From Bacillales bacterium (GTDB lineage Bacteria; Bacillota_I; Bacilli_A; RF39; UBA660), in NCBI GenBank assembly GCA_016290885.1, contig JAEEVN010000003.1:1115-65114 (forward strand): 64,000 nucleotides of DNA. The letters are read 5' to 3'. This document shows positions 23,823 to 34,119 of this stretch, piece by piece. The translations under genes and the position numbers were made by a program. Numbering within the stretch: position 1 is the stretch's first letter; the number at the start of each line of letters is the position of its first letter. The notes beneath the pieces are model-generated. The model did not search any database. It saw nothing but the letters and a program-made list of their open reading frames with translations, and had not been told where the DNA came from.

Positions 23823-24905
23823 CTACTTAATTATTATATTTAAATATTTTGATTCCATACCAATCATTATTGATTCATAATCTAAATCTAGTTCTACTAT
23901 GTCTCCTACTTTATAATCGATATCTGATTCATCAACGTCGATTATAGTATGATCTGATGATCCACCTAATATAAATGATTTCTTATCATGTGGATAAAGT
24001 TGTAGATATCCTCCGATATCACATTTACCTAATGCTACTATAATTCTCTTTTTATTTCCTCTATCTTCGTATTCAATCTTATTACCAAATCCATCTACTA
24101 CTATTTCTCCAATAGGATATGTTGGTTTAGTATTTGATTCTATTACTTCTGCTTCTACAGTAAATACATTTCTTAATCCTGGTAAATAATTCTTCCATAC
24201 TTTAAATTCTTTAATGTATTCAGGAGTAGTGAATAAACCTCCTACTCTTAAATGATTAATTTCTTTTGGCATATTACCATCGATTAATAATTCAACTGAA
24301 GTAGTAGCACCACCAGAAACAACTTCTAGTGTTTCACCTATTTTTTCTTCTATCATATGTTTAGTTTCGATTAATTTACTTAAATTAGTAACAGTAGGTC
24401 TAATTGAACCATAACATGTTAAATTAGTTCCTATTCCTTTAATATGAATATTCTTTAGATTAGTTTTTATATAATCTGCTAATGAAACTAAATCATTTTG
24501 ATCTAATATTCCTTCTCTTAAATCCCCTAAATCTTCCATAAGTATAACATCTTGAATTTTGTTATATTTACTAGCAACTTCGTTCAACTTATCTAGTGTA
24601 TCACGTTCTGAAATTAATGTTGTATCAACATATTTAATAACTTCCTCTAATTCACTAATCATAGGAATTCTAATTAGTAATGTTTTATCTTCTGGATAAA
24701 GATTCTTTATGTTTTTTAAATGTACTACTCTTGAAGATGCATATTCATTTATACCTTCTTCATGAAGAATAGTTATTAATTCTGGCATTGCGTGATATAC
24801 TTTTACAACTGCACATAAACTAACATTATTATCATTACAAATTTTTTTTATAATTCTAGCATTATTTCTGAATGCTTCTTTATCTATTATTAATTTTGGA
24901 TACAT
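23823..24905 (-). CDS. Alanine/ornithine racemase family PLP-dependent enzyme
   Basis: MYPKLIIDKEAFRNNARIIKKICNDNNVSLCAVVKVYHAMPEL resembles the ornithine-racemase-type N-terminus, with the PLP lysine in VVK. 360 aa. Confidence 0.7.
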   Translation of the reverse strand: MYPKLIIDKEAFRNNARIIKKICNDNNVSLCAVVKVYHAMPELITILHEEGINEYASSRVVHLKNIKNLYPEDKTLLIRIPMISELEEVIKYVDTTLISERDTLDKLNEVASKYNKIQDVILMEDLGDLREGILDQNDLVSLADYIKTNLKNIHIKGIGTNLTCYGSIRPTVTNLSKLIETKHMIEEKIGETLEVVSGGATTSVELLIDGNMPKEINHLRVGGLFTTPEYIKEFKVWKNYLPGLRNVFTVEAEVIESNTKPTYPIGEIVVDGFGNKIEYEDRGNKKRIIVALGKCDIGGYLQLYPHDKKSFILGGSSDHTIIDVDESDIDYKVGDIVELDLDYESIMIGMESKYLNIIIK

Positions 24906-24913
24906 AATTCCTC

Positions 24914-25630
24914 CTATCCATGATCTCCCATGACAAATCTAGTTCCAGGTTTTTTAAAGTGAGCTACTCTTTCTTTGTAAGCCTTTATTAAATCTTCTTC
25001 ATATATTAATTCATCTTTTAAACCTAGCTCTTTTAATAAAAATTTAGTAAATTTAGGATTTATTATTAAGAATGGTCCAAGTAAATAAGTTCCATAAAAG
25101 TTTTTATAATGAATTCCTTCGTTAGGATTCTTTATATCACTACTATAACCATCTTTAGTATCAATAAAACCATTTTCTATATTTTTGCATATAGAATAAT
25201 GGTTTTTATGACCTATTATTTCTATATTTTTATAATTTCCTATATACCAAGATACATATTTATGATTCATATCTTTTTCTATATAATAATTAAATAACCC
25301 TAATCCATTAAATTTATTATTATTTTCTACTATATATGATGAGAATATTTCTATTGCATTACCTGTTATTAAGAAAAATACATTTTCTTCTAATAATTCT
25401 TTTATTTTATCTTTATATTTAGTTAATTTTTCTATACTTGGTATTATTTTACTATCAGGCATAGAACCCATATATATCATATCTACTTTATTTTTTACAA
25501 AATATGGTTCTTTTCCGTATGAAGTATAAACCACTTTTATATCTTTATTGCATCTTTTAAAAAACTCTATTTGAAATAAATCTGCATATACATTTTGAAA
25601 TTCAGGATAAATAACTTCAATAGTCTTCAT
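24914..25630 (-). CDS. GatD-like (CobQ-type amidotransferase fold) protein lacking the catalytic Cys and His
   Basis: GLGLFNYY and EGIHYKNFYGTYLLGP blocks match GatD. ITGNA stands where the (I/L)CGG nucleophile elbow is expected, and YLLGP stands where YLHGP is expected. 1-nt overlap with the MurT-like gene. Confidence 0.7.
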   Translation of the reverse strand: MKTIEVIYPEFQNVYADLFQIEFFKRCNKDIKVVYTSYGKEPYFVKNKVDMIYMGSMPDSKIIPSIEKLTKYKDKIKELLEENVFFLITGNAIEIFSSYIVENNNKFNGLGLFNYYIEKDMNHKYVSWYIGNYKNIEIIGHKNHYSICKNIENGFIDTKDGYSSDIKNPNEGIHYKNFYGTYLLGPFLIINPKFTKFLLKELGLKDELIYEEDLIKAYKERVAHFKKPGTRFVMGDHG

Positions 25631-26979
25631 TATTCCACCTCATTTCTTATACGTTCTTTAAGAGATTCTACTACTTCTCTACTCATTGGTCTTTCTTCTA
25701 CTTCATAAAGAACATATATATCAGATTTCTTATCTAGATTTAATAATTTATAAGCCTCTTTATAATCTTTAGATACTTCTATTTTTTCTTCTGGTACTCC
25801 AGCTAATTTAAGTCTTACTATATAGTCTAAATATCTAGGTCCAGTTACTACTATTTTTTCTAGATTTAGTTTATTTAATAATTCAAAATCACTATCATAA
25901 AGCCATGTGATAGTTTCTGATGAATATGGATTATCATATACTTCATCAAGTAATAAAACTATTTGTTTTTTATTATTTAATTTAGTTAAATTTTCTAATA
26001 CTGTGGATAAAGCACTAGAATTTTGTCCTTTAGCCATTTGAGAATATATATTTATTCCTTTTTCTACTTCTAAATTTTCTCTAGATTTAGGAATAAAAGA
26101 TTTCTTTAATTCTTCTTGAATAAATTTAAAGTCATATCCTAATTGTTTTAATAATACTATTACTAAAGATTCATTATATATATTAAATAAGTTCTCTGAT
26201 AATTTAGGATATTCCACTCCATTTAAAACAAATGATTTATCATCAATCTTTGTTACTCTATAATCACCTTTAAATGATTCTAATTTACAATTAGGACATT
26301 TAAATTTACCAATATGTCTATAATGTTTATATTCATAATTAACTACTGTATTACATTTTGGACACACTATAAAATCTGGTGAAATATTGTTATATACTTC
26401 ATCATTATTTATTTTATCAATTGATACAAATATCTTTTTATTATCTTTTCCTAAAAAACTACTTATAGGATCATCTGCATTTAATATTAATACTGAGTCC
26501 TTAGTCTTATTAACACCTTTATTTATTTTATCAAATATAAATTCCGGATAAGAATTTCTTCTTATAGAATCGCGACATATATTTGTTACTATTACATAAT
26601 TAGGTTTTATTTCTGGAAAAGTAGTATCACTAGTCATTTCATCGCATTCAAGTATTGCAACATCTTTATTTGGTTTGTTAAATATATTAACTGAATCAAT
26701 CAAACATCTTATATGTCCTGCTCTTGTATTTGCATTCCATATATTAAACCCAATCTTTTTACCATCATTTTTTAATATATTATATATTAGATGAGTTACA
26801 GTAGTCTTACCATTTGTACCAGTTACTGCTATTACAGTTTTAGGTTTATTTACTTTTGATAATACTTCTGGGCATATTCTTGCTGCTAATAATCCTGCTC
26901 TATCGCTATTTGCTTGTCCAAATATTTTTGATATGAATAAATAAAATTTACTAGCCCATAACGCTAAATAAAATTTCAT
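25630..26979 (-). CDS. MurT-like Mur ligase family protein
   Basis: GTNGKTT P-loop, LNADDP, a Cys4 ribbon CPKCN...CPNC, and a C-terminal TWLYDSDFE block as in the MurT DUF1727 domain. Confidence 0.75.
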   Translation of the reverse strand: MKFYLALWASKFYLFISKIFGQANSDRAGLLAARICPEVLSKVNKPKTVIAVTGTNGKTTVTHLIYNILKNDGKKIGFNIWNANTRAGHIRCLIDSVNIFNKPNKDVAILECDEMTSDTTFPEIKPNYVIVTNICRDSIRRNSYPEFIFDKINKGVNKTKDSVLILNADDPISSFLGKDNKKIFVSIDKINNDEVYNNISPDFIVCPKCNTVVNYEYKHYRHIGKFKCPNCKLESFKGDYRVTKIDDKSFVLNGVEYPKLSENLFNIYNESLVIVLLKQLGYDFKFIQEELKKSFIPKSRENLEVEKGINIYSQMAKGQNSSALSTVLENLTKLNNKKQIVLLLDEVYDNPYSSETITWLYDSDFELLNKLNLEKIVVTGPRYLDYIVRLKLAGVPEEKIEVSKDYKEAYKLLNLDKKSDIYVLYEVEERPMSREVVESLKERIRNEVE

Positions 26980-26987
26980 AAAACCTC

Positions 26988-28241
26988 CTAAAGATTTTTA
27001 ACTTCAATTATAGATTCTTTAATTATATTAAGACCCTTTACTAAAGTTTCTTTATCTATTGTAAGTGCTGGTAATATTTTAAGAACTGAATCTCCTCTAC
27101 CTGCTAATTCTATTACTAAGCCTTTTTCAAAGCATTTATCTAATACTGCTCTAGATAATTTACCATCTTTAAACTCGATACCCCAAATTAAACCTATACC
27201 TCTATAAGTTTCACCTTCATCAAGTAATGGTTTAATTTCTCTTTCTAAGTATTCTTTAACTAATCCTTCTTTTTCTTTTACTTGTCCATCAACATTTTGC
27301 ATTTTATTTAATTCTAGTCCTGCTTTAGCAGCTACTATAGATACTTGTGATCCTCTAAATGTTCCGTTATGTTCACCTGGTCCAAATTTATCATATTCAG
27401 GTTTAATTAAAGTAAGTGCAAATGGAAGACCATATCCTCCAATAGATTTACTCATACATACCATATCAGGTACTATATTAGCTCTTTCAAATGAGAAGAA
27501 AGTACCTGTTCTAGAACATCCAACTTGTACGTCATCTACTATTAATAATATTCCAAAATCATCGCATAATTTTCTTAATCCTTGTAAGAATTCCACGCTA
27601 AATACATTTATTCCACCTTCAGCTTGTACTGTTTCTACTATTATAGCTGCTGGCTTTTCTACACCAGAATGATCATCTTCTAATAAAGTTCTCATATACT
27701 TAATAGTATCAAATCCAGGAATATAATCTGGAGTTGGAATATGAGTAACATTATTAAGTGATACTCCAGCTCCTCCTCTAGCATAACTTTCTGTAGTTAA
27801 TGCAAGTGTACCAAGAGTCATACCATGGAATGCACCCATTAATGCCCAAATCTCACTTCTTCCAGTTACTTTTCTAGCTAGCTTTAATGCTGCTTCAACA
27901 GCATTAGTACCAGTTGGTCCAGTAAACATAATTCTATAATCTAATCCTTTTGGAATTAAATATTCTTCTTCAAAATATTTAATAAATTCTTCTTTTGCTA
28001 TTGCAAACATATCAAGTGAATGTGTAATACCATCATTTGAAATATATTCTAATATTCTTTCTTTTATATAATCTGGATTATGCCCATAGTTAAGAGCACC
28101 TGCTCCATCAAAAAAATCTATATATCTATTACCATCAACGTCTGTGTAATAACTTCCTTTTGCTGATTTCATTACTACTGGCCATTTTCTACAGTAGCTT
28201 CTTACATTTGATTCATATTTTTCAAATACTTCTTTACCCAT
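26988..28241 (-). CDS. Diaminobutyrate--2-oxoglutarate transaminase-like class III aminotransferase (EctB/Dat-like)
   Basis: FEKYESNVRSYCRKWPVV, YIDFFDGAGALNYGHN, GITHSLDM, TGPTGTNAVEAALKLAR, and the PLP lysine context CMSKSIGG. Confidence 0.75.
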   Translation of the reverse strand: MGKEVFEKYESNVRSYCRKWPVVMKSAKGSYYTDVDGNRYIDFFDGAGALNYGHNPDYIKERILEYISNDGITHSLDMFAIAKEEFIKYFEEEYLIPKGLDYRIMFTGPTGTNAVEAALKLARKVTGRSEIWALMGAFHGMTLGTLALTTESYARGGAGVSLNNVTHIPTPDYIPGFDTIKYMRTLLEDDHSGVEKPAAIIVETVQAEGGINVFSVEFLQGLRKLCDDFGILLIVDDVQVGCSRTGTFFSFERANIVPDMVCMSKSIGGYGLPFALTLIKPEYDKFGPGEHNGTFRGSQVSIVAAKAGLELNKMQNVDGQVKEKEGLVKEYLEREIKPLLDEGETYRGIGLIWGIEFKDGKLSRAVLDKCFEKGLVIELAGRGDSVLKILPALTIDKETLVKGLNIIKESIIEVKNL

Positions 28242-28330
28242 AAATTATACCTACTTTCATACCTATAATTATACTACAAAATCACTTATTAGAAAACAAT
28301 AAAAAGATATGTATATACATATCTTTCTTA

Positions 28331-28783
28331 TTATTTATGATAAGATTCATTATTTGATATTTTAAATGATCTATATAATTGTTCTAATAGAATTACTCTA
28401 AATAATTGATGTGGAAAAGTTAATCTAGAAAAAGATAGTTTATAATTACTTCTTTTCTTGATATCTTCATGTAATCCATATGATCCTCCAATTATAAAAG
28501 TAATATTACTATTATTATTTTGAATATCTTCTAATTTCTTAGATAATGAAACTGAATCTAATTCATTTCCCTCTATTTCTAATGTAATTACATAATCTTT
28601 ATCATCAATATATTTCATTATACTTTCTTTTTCTTTTAAAAGAGTTTTAGATATATCAAAGTCTTCATCTTTTACTTCGATTAAATTAATTTTAGTATAT
28701 TTAGATAATCTCTTTAAATATTCATTTACTGCATCAGTATAATATTTTTCTTTTATTTTTCCAACAGTTATTATTTTTATCAT
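28331..28783 (-). CDS. rlmH: 23S rRNA (pseudouridine1915-N3)-methyltransferase RlmH
   Basis: 150-aa SPOUT protein: MIKIITVGKIKEKYY..., IGGSYG, and C-terminal FPHQLFRVILLEQLYRSF. Confidence 0.9.
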   Translation of the reverse strand: MIKIITVGKIKEKYYTDAVNEYLKRLSKYTKINLIEVKDEDFDISKTLLKEKESIMKYIDDKDYVITLEIEGNELDSVSLSKKLEDIQNNNSNITFIIGGSYGLHEDIKKRSNYKLSFSRLTFPHQLFRVILLEQLYRSFKISNNESYHK

Positions 28784-29547
28784 ATTTCTATTACCTCAGT
28801 AGGTTCATTTTGTTTACCTAATATATATTTAGTAAATTTAATATTATTTTCTACCATCTTTTCATTAAACATTTCTATTACTTTTTCAGGAGTATTATTC
28901 TTTTCAGATAGGTGTGCAAATACTACCATTTTAGTATTTTTACCTATCCATTCACATAAGTAATTAGAAGCTTGTTCATTAGATAAATGTCCCTTATCTC
29001 CTACTACTCTTTGTTGAAGAAAGTAAGGATAAGGTCCATTTTTTAACATATATACATCATGATTACTTTCTAGTATATATAGATTCTTATTAGATAATCT
29101 TTCAAAATATCTTCTATTGATATAACCAGTATCTGTTATATATACTAAGGACTTTTTACCTTCATTAATAATAAATCCAATAGATCCTTCTGCATCATGA
29201 CTAGTTTTTATATAATTAATCTCTAAATCATTTATAATAGCTTTCTTATCTTGATATAATTCATAATCAAAAGAACCAATTTCTTTTTCAAGTAATTCTT
29301 TTAATGTTTCTGTTACATATATCTTTGTATGATATTTCTTTATAAATGTTTTTATACCACTTATATGATCAACATGAGTATGTGTTATAAGAATTGCATC
29401 GATTTCTTTAGGATTAATACCTAATTTATCCAGTTCATTACAAACATACTGACTTGTTGTTCCTAAATCTATTAATATTTTTGTATTATCGGTACATACT
29501 AGACAACTATTCCCTTTACTTCCACTAGATAATAAACATACTTTCAT
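28780..29547 (-). CDS. MBL-fold metallo-hydrolase (YycJ/WalJ-like)
   Basis: LSSGSKGNS and ITHTHVDHISG motifs. Adjacent to rlmH as in Bacillus. 4-nt overlap with rlmH. Confidence 0.8.
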   Translation of the reverse strand: MKVCLLSSGSKGNSCLVCTDNTKILIDLGTTSQYVCNELDKLGINPKEIDAILITHTHVDHISGIKTFIKKYHTKIYVTETLKELLEKEIGSFDYELYQDKKAIINDLEINYIKTSHDAEGSIGFIINEGKKSLVYITDTGYINRRYFERLSNKNLYILESNHDVYMLKNGPYPYFLQQRVVGDKGHLSNEQASNYLCEWIGKNTKMVVFAHLSEKNNTPEKVIEMFNEKMVENNIKFTKYILGKQNEPTEVIEI

Positions 29548-31085
29548 CGGTATAAACTAAACGGGTCAAACGATTGTCCTCCATCCGCTTGTGTTCCACC
29601 ATACCAAGTACCAAAGTGTAAGTGTGTTCCTGTTGAAGAACCACTGTTACCCATGTAACCAATTATTTGTCCTTTAGTTACTTGTTGACCTGGATAAACT
29701 AATATATTGTTCATCATATGTGCATATACTATATAAACGTTATCTGGATGTGCTATCCAAATCATGTTTCCATATCCATGACCACATGTACTACCATACC
29801 AACCATCATTATCACAAGATGTATATGTAGAAAGTACAGTTCCGCTTTCTGCAGCGAATATTGGAGATCCAAAACCAGTACCTGATATATCTATACCTGC
29901 ATGAAGTCTACCCCATCTCCACTCATAATAACTTGTTATTATGTATGGATAAACAGTAGGCCATCCCCAAGATCCTGAAGATAAAGCTGGAGTAAATGAT
30001 CCACTATATGCTCTCTTTGTTCCTTTAATTACTACTTTATCTACTGGAGTTTTTATAATCTCTGGATTAGGTAAGATATATGCTGTTAATGGTTCGCCAT
30101 TAACATATTTAACTTTTTCAGTTACTCTTTGGATACCTGCAACACCCTCAACTTCAGTCTTTGTTACACCCCAATCTAGAGTATCATCTTCTTTTTCTAT
30201 AGTTTCAAATGGTTTTTCTACATCCTCTACTATTTCTTTTTCAACTACTATTTCTAGAACTGGTGCAATTAATGCAACGTTTACTTTTTGTCCAGGAATT
30301 AATAAATTATCTTTACTAGTAAACTCCGGATTAACTATTAAGAATTCATCTGTTGATAATTTATTATTAAATGCAACTGTTTCAATAGTATCTCCTAATT
30401 GAATAGTATATTCTTCTTCAGAACTATTTCCACCGAATAATAAATACTTAGTTAAATCATTAACATTAGTAAATATATCTTCATCAGTTGAAATAAATGC
30501 TTGTTTAATATTAACTTCTTGACTTAAATATATATTTTCTATAATACTACCTGTAGTGGTAATTTCTTTTTGTGTATTATTTGCATAGTTCTTACTATCT
30601 TCTTCTGCAACAAACGCATTTAATACTCTTTTAACCGATTGATCAAATAAATCTTTTTTAGTTAAATATATTTTAATATCATCTTTCTTTTCTACTTCTT
30701 CATTTTCTAAATCTTCTTCATTTTGAGAAATAGTTACAACATAACCTTTTATAGTAAAACTCTTATTTTGTTTTATTTTTTTGTATATTGCCTTTTCAGA
30801 CATTAATTTACCTTTATAAGTTATTGCTTTTTTAATATCTATACCATTTGGTACATATACTTTTTTTACATCATATTCCTCTTTTAAAGTTTTTTGTTCA
30901 CTGTCTATATAATTTTCTAATGCTCTTTTTGATCTAATAGCTCCTACAAATTCACCATCTAAGTATACTTTATATACTTCTTTTGGATTCTTATTTGAGG
31001 TTTGAGTTGTTTGGCAAAAGAATATTATAGCTGCAGATATTAACAATGCTATTATAACAGGAATATAAGTTTTAATATTCTTCAC
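29544..31085 (-). CDS. Membrane-anchored M23 peptidase with LysM-like and G5-like regions
   Basis: N-terminal TM. YTIQLGDTIETVAFNNKLS is LysM-like. VTKTEVEGVAGIQRVTEKVKYVNG is G5-like. The M23 core is intact (HAGIDISG, YAHM, THLHFG). Confidence 0.75.
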   Translation of the reverse strand: MKNIKTYIPVIIALLISAAIIFFCQTTQTSNKNPKEVYKVYLDGEFVGAIRSKRALENYIDSEQKTLKEEYDVKKVYVPNGIDIKKAITYKGKLMSEKAIYKKIKQNKSFTIKGYVVTISQNEEDLENEEVEKKDDIKIYLTKKDLFDQSVKRVLNAFVAEEDSKNYANNTQKEITTTGSIIENIYLSQEVNIKQAFISTDEDIFTNVNDLTKYLLFGGNSSEEEYTIQLGDTIETVAFNNKLSTDEFLIVNPEFTSKDNLLIPGQKVNVALIAPVLEIVVEKEIVEDVEKPFETIEKEDDTLDWGVTKTEVEGVAGIQRVTEKVKYVNGEPLTAYILPNPEIIKTPVDKVVIKGTKRAYSGSFTPALSSGSWGWPTVYPYIITSYYEWRWGRLHAGIDISGTGFGSPIFAAESGTVLSTYTSCDNDGWYGSTCGHGYGNMIWIAHPDNVYIVYAHMMNNILVYPGQQVTKGQIIGYMGNSGSSTGTHLHFGTWYGGTQADGGQSFDPFSLYR

Positions 31086-31097
31086 GAATATCCCTCC

Positions 31098-32444
31098 CTA
31101 TTCTTTTTGATAATTAGTGAAAGTAACAGTACTTCCTTTAAATATAAATTCTATATCTTTAGTAGGACCATTTCTGTTTTTACCTATAATAAATTCTGTA
31201 ATACTTGCTTCAGGGTTAGCAACTTCTTTACCCATAGCTTCTTTATTATAAACATCATCTCTATATAAGAAACCTATAAGGTCGGCATCTTGTTCTATAG
31301 AGCCTGATTCTCTTAAGTCACTCATCATTGGTCTTTTATTTGGTCTTTGTTCAACAGCACGAGATAATTGTGCAAGTGCTATTACTGGGCAATGTAATTC
31401 CATAGCCATCATTTTTAGACCTCTAGAAATTTCTGCTACTTCTTGTTGTCTATTTGCTTGGTTCTTAGCTGATCCTGTAATCAATTGTAAGTAGTCGATT
31501 ACTACAAGTCCAAGTCCTTCATCTTTAGAAGCAAGTCTTCTACATTTACTTCTAATATCAGAAATAGTTGCACCTGGAGTATCATCAATCTTTATATTAG
31601 TATCAGCTAGTATACTAACTGCTTCACTTAATCTCTTCCAATCATTATTATCAAAATTACCATTTCTGAATTTAGCAAAGTTAATTTGACCTATTGAACT
31701 AAGCATACGATTAACTAATTGCTCTGCACTCATTTCAAAGTTGAATATTGCTACATTCTTTTTAGTATTTCTAGCTACATAAGTTGCTATATTTAATGCA
31801 AATGCAGTTTTACCCATACCAGGACGAGCTGCAATAATGTATAGTTCGTTTTCATGTAATCCACTAGTTAATTTATCATATTCATAATAACCTGTTGCAA
31901 GTCCTGTTATTTCACTTTTGTTTTCACTTAGTTTTTCTAAGTCTGATTGTGCTTTAAATACAACATCTTGAATATTTCTAAATTCAGACGTTTTTCTTTT
32001 TTGTACAACATTAAATATTTTTGATTCTGCACTATCCAAAATTTCATTTACTGGGGAATTTTCAGTATATGAAGCATTAGATATTTCATTAGAAGCATTT
32101 ATTAATTTTCTAAGTACTGATTTATCATGAACAATACCTATATAATAGTCTATATTAGCTGCACTAGGTACAAAATTAGCTATTTCTACTAAGTATTCTA
32201 TATTACCAACAGATGATAATTCTTTAGCACTTTCTAATCTATCAGTAACTATAGTTATATCTACAGGAATACCTTCACTATTTAAGTCTGCTAATACTCT
32301 ATATATTTTTTGGTTAGCTTCTAAATAAAAATCTTCTTCAGTTAATTCATCACATATTTTTTGAAGAGCATCTTTAGATAAAAATGCTGATCCTAATACT
32401 GATTGTTCTGCTTCCTTGCTATATGGAATATTTCTTTTATCCAT
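31098..32444 (-). CDS. dnaB: Replicative DNA helicase DnaB
   Basis: PYSKEAEQSVLGS, Walker A AARPGMGKTAF, IDYLQL, SGSIEQDAD. Confidence 0.95.
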   Translation of the reverse strand: MDKRNIPYSKEAEQSVLGSAFLSKDALQKICDELTEEDFYLEANQKIYRVLADLNSEGIPVDITIVTDRLESAKELSSVGNIEYLVEIANFVPSAANIDYYIGIVHDKSVLRKLINASNEISNASYTENSPVNEILDSAESKIFNVVQKRKTSEFRNIQDVVFKAQSDLEKLSENKSEITGLATGYYEYDKLTSGLHENELYIIAARPGMGKTAFALNIATYVARNTKKNVAIFNFEMSAEQLVNRMLSSIGQINFAKFRNGNFDNNDWKRLSEAVSILADTNIKIDDTPGATISDIRSKCRRLASKDEGLGLVVIDYLQLITGSAKNQANRQQEVAEISRGLKMMAMELHCPVIALAQLSRAVEQRPNKRPMMSDLRESGSIEQDADLIGFLYRDDVYNKEAMGKEVANPEASITEFIIGKNRNGPTKDIEFIFKGSTVTFTNYQKE

Positions 32445-32452
32445 AGATCCTC

Positions 32453-32893
32453 CTATTTTTCTAATTTAACATCTATATTTGCTATTACTTTTGGATGAAG
32501 AATAACTTCTACTTTATGATATCCTAGAGTAGTTAAACTTCCATCTAATACTATTTTCTTTTTATCTACTTTAAACCCATTTTTATTTAATTCTTCTTCT
32601 ATTTGTTTTGAAGAAACTGATCCAAACACTTTATCTTCTTTACCTGTCTTTACTTTAAAAGTATACGTCTTCTTTTCCATTTCTTCTTTTATTTTATTAC
32701 ATTTACTTATTAATTCTTTTTCATTTTCATTTCTTACTTCAATTTGATTATCTAGTATCTCTTTACTTCTAGTAGTATATTTAATTGCATATCCATTTTT
32801 TATTAGAAAGTTCTCTGCATATCCATCTTTAACTTCTTTGATTTCATCTTTCTTTCCTTGACCCTTTAAATCCTTTAGAAATATTACTTTCAT
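32453..32893 (-). CDS. rplI: 50S ribosomal protein L9
   Basis: [30 protein letters not shown]. Start moved to the internal ATG at 32893. Confidence 0.9.
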   Translation of the reverse strand: MKVIFLKDLKGQGKKDEIKEVKDGYAENFLIKNGYAIKYTTRSKEILDNQIEVRNENEKELISKCNKIKEEMEKKTYTFKVKTGKEDKVFGSVSSKQIEEELNKNGFKVDKKKIVLDGSLTTLGYHKVEVILHPKVIANIDVKLEK

Positions 32894-32973
32894 AGACATA
32901 CCTTCTTTCACTAATAGTAATAATATTATACTATATTTTGAGCATAAAAAAAAGAAATAAAGTTATTTATTTC

Positions 32974-33192
32974 TTATTTTGTGAATGGTAAAACAGCCAT
33001 CATTCTAGCTCTTTTTACTTCTCTAGCTACTACTCTTTGGTGTTCTGCACATGTTCCTGTAGCTCTTCTTGGTAATATTTTACCTTTTTCATTTATATAT
33101 TGGCTCATTTCTTCAGCGTCTAAGAAATTTAATTTCTTTCCTTCACAAAGAGCACAAACTTTTTTTCTTCTTCTTGGTTTGAATTCTCCCAT
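32974..33192 (-). CDS. rpsR: 30S ribosomal protein S18
   Basis: KILPRRATGTCAEHQRVVAREVKRARMMA. Lies in rpsF-ssb-rpsR synteny. Confidence 0.95.
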   Translation of the reverse strand: MGEFKPRRRKKVCALCEGKKLNFLDAEEMSQYINEKGKILPRRATGTCAEHQRVVAREVKRARMMAVLPFTK

Positions 33193-33213
33193 AATTTCCT
33201 CCTTATTTAAATT

Positions 33214-33678
33214 TTAAAATGCAATATCGTCATCACTAATTTCTACTGAATCGCCAAAATTAGCAAACACTTCATCAGACATATCTGATTCTTTAACTTC
33301 TTGATTTACAAAATCTGCTGGAGATAAATCACTGCCTTCTGAACTCATTCTATTTTCACTTTGAGCTTTACTTTCTAAGAATTGAACTGAATCCGCTACA
33401 ACATCAGTTGTATAAACTCTTTGTCCATCTTTTTCATAACTACCAGTTTGAATTCTTCCTTCAACAGCAACTAAGCTACCTTTAGTACAATATTTTTTAA
33501 CATTTTCTGCTTGTTTTCTCCAAACAACTACATTTATAAAATCTGTACCTTGTTCTCCATTTTGACTTTGAAATGGTCTATTAACTGCTAATGTAAATCT
33601 AGTAGTAGCAATATTACTACCTGTATATCTAAGTTCTGGATCTCTAGTTAATCTACCTATTAATTCTACTCTATTCAT
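33214..33678 (-). CDS. ssb: Single-stranded DNA-binding protein
   Basis: [21 protein letters not shown] fold and the acidic C-terminal tip DDDIAF. Confidence 0.95.
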   Translation of the reverse strand: MNRVELIGRLTRDPELRYTGSNIATTRFTLAVNRPFQSQNGEQGTDFINVVVWRKQAENVKKYCTKGSLVAVEGRIQTGSYEKDGQRVYTTDVVADSVQFLESKAQSENRMSSEGSDLSPADFVNQEVKESDMSDEVFANFGDSVEISDDDIAF

Positions 33679-33687
33679 ATTTTCTCC

Positions 33688-33969
33688 TTATAATTTGATA
33701 ATTATATGTCTTAAAACTTTTTCATCTAAAGTTGCTAAACGATCAAATTCGTTTATAGCAGCATCATTTGCTTCTACATTAATTAAGTAATAATAACCAG
33801 TCTTTTGACCCTTTATAGTATAAGCTAATTCTTTTTGGCCTAATTCTTTAGAACTTAATACTTTTGCTTTATGATTAACTAATACTTTTTCATAACTTTT
33901 AGCTAATTTTTCAACTGCATCCTTTTCTAAATCAGGTCTTACTATAAATGAAATTTCATAATTTTTCAT
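33688..33969 (-). CDS. rpsF: 30S ribosomal protein S6
   Basis: MKNYEISFIVRPDL... Synteny with ssb and rpsR. Confidence 0.95.
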   Translation of the reverse strand: MKNYEISFIVRPDLEKDAVEKLAKSYEKVLVNHKAKVLSSKELGQKELAYTIKGQKTGYYYLINVEANDAAINEFDRLATLDEKVLRHIIIKL

Positions 33970-34119
33970 TCTCTACACCTCCCTTTGGACTAATGGTCTA
34001 TATAAATAGACAGAGAGTAATTAAATACTCGCGATAGTATTATAACAAAATGTCCTAAAAATGTAAACATATATTTGATTTAATTTACAAAAAATGGTAT
34101 ACTTTTTTTGGGTGGTTTT

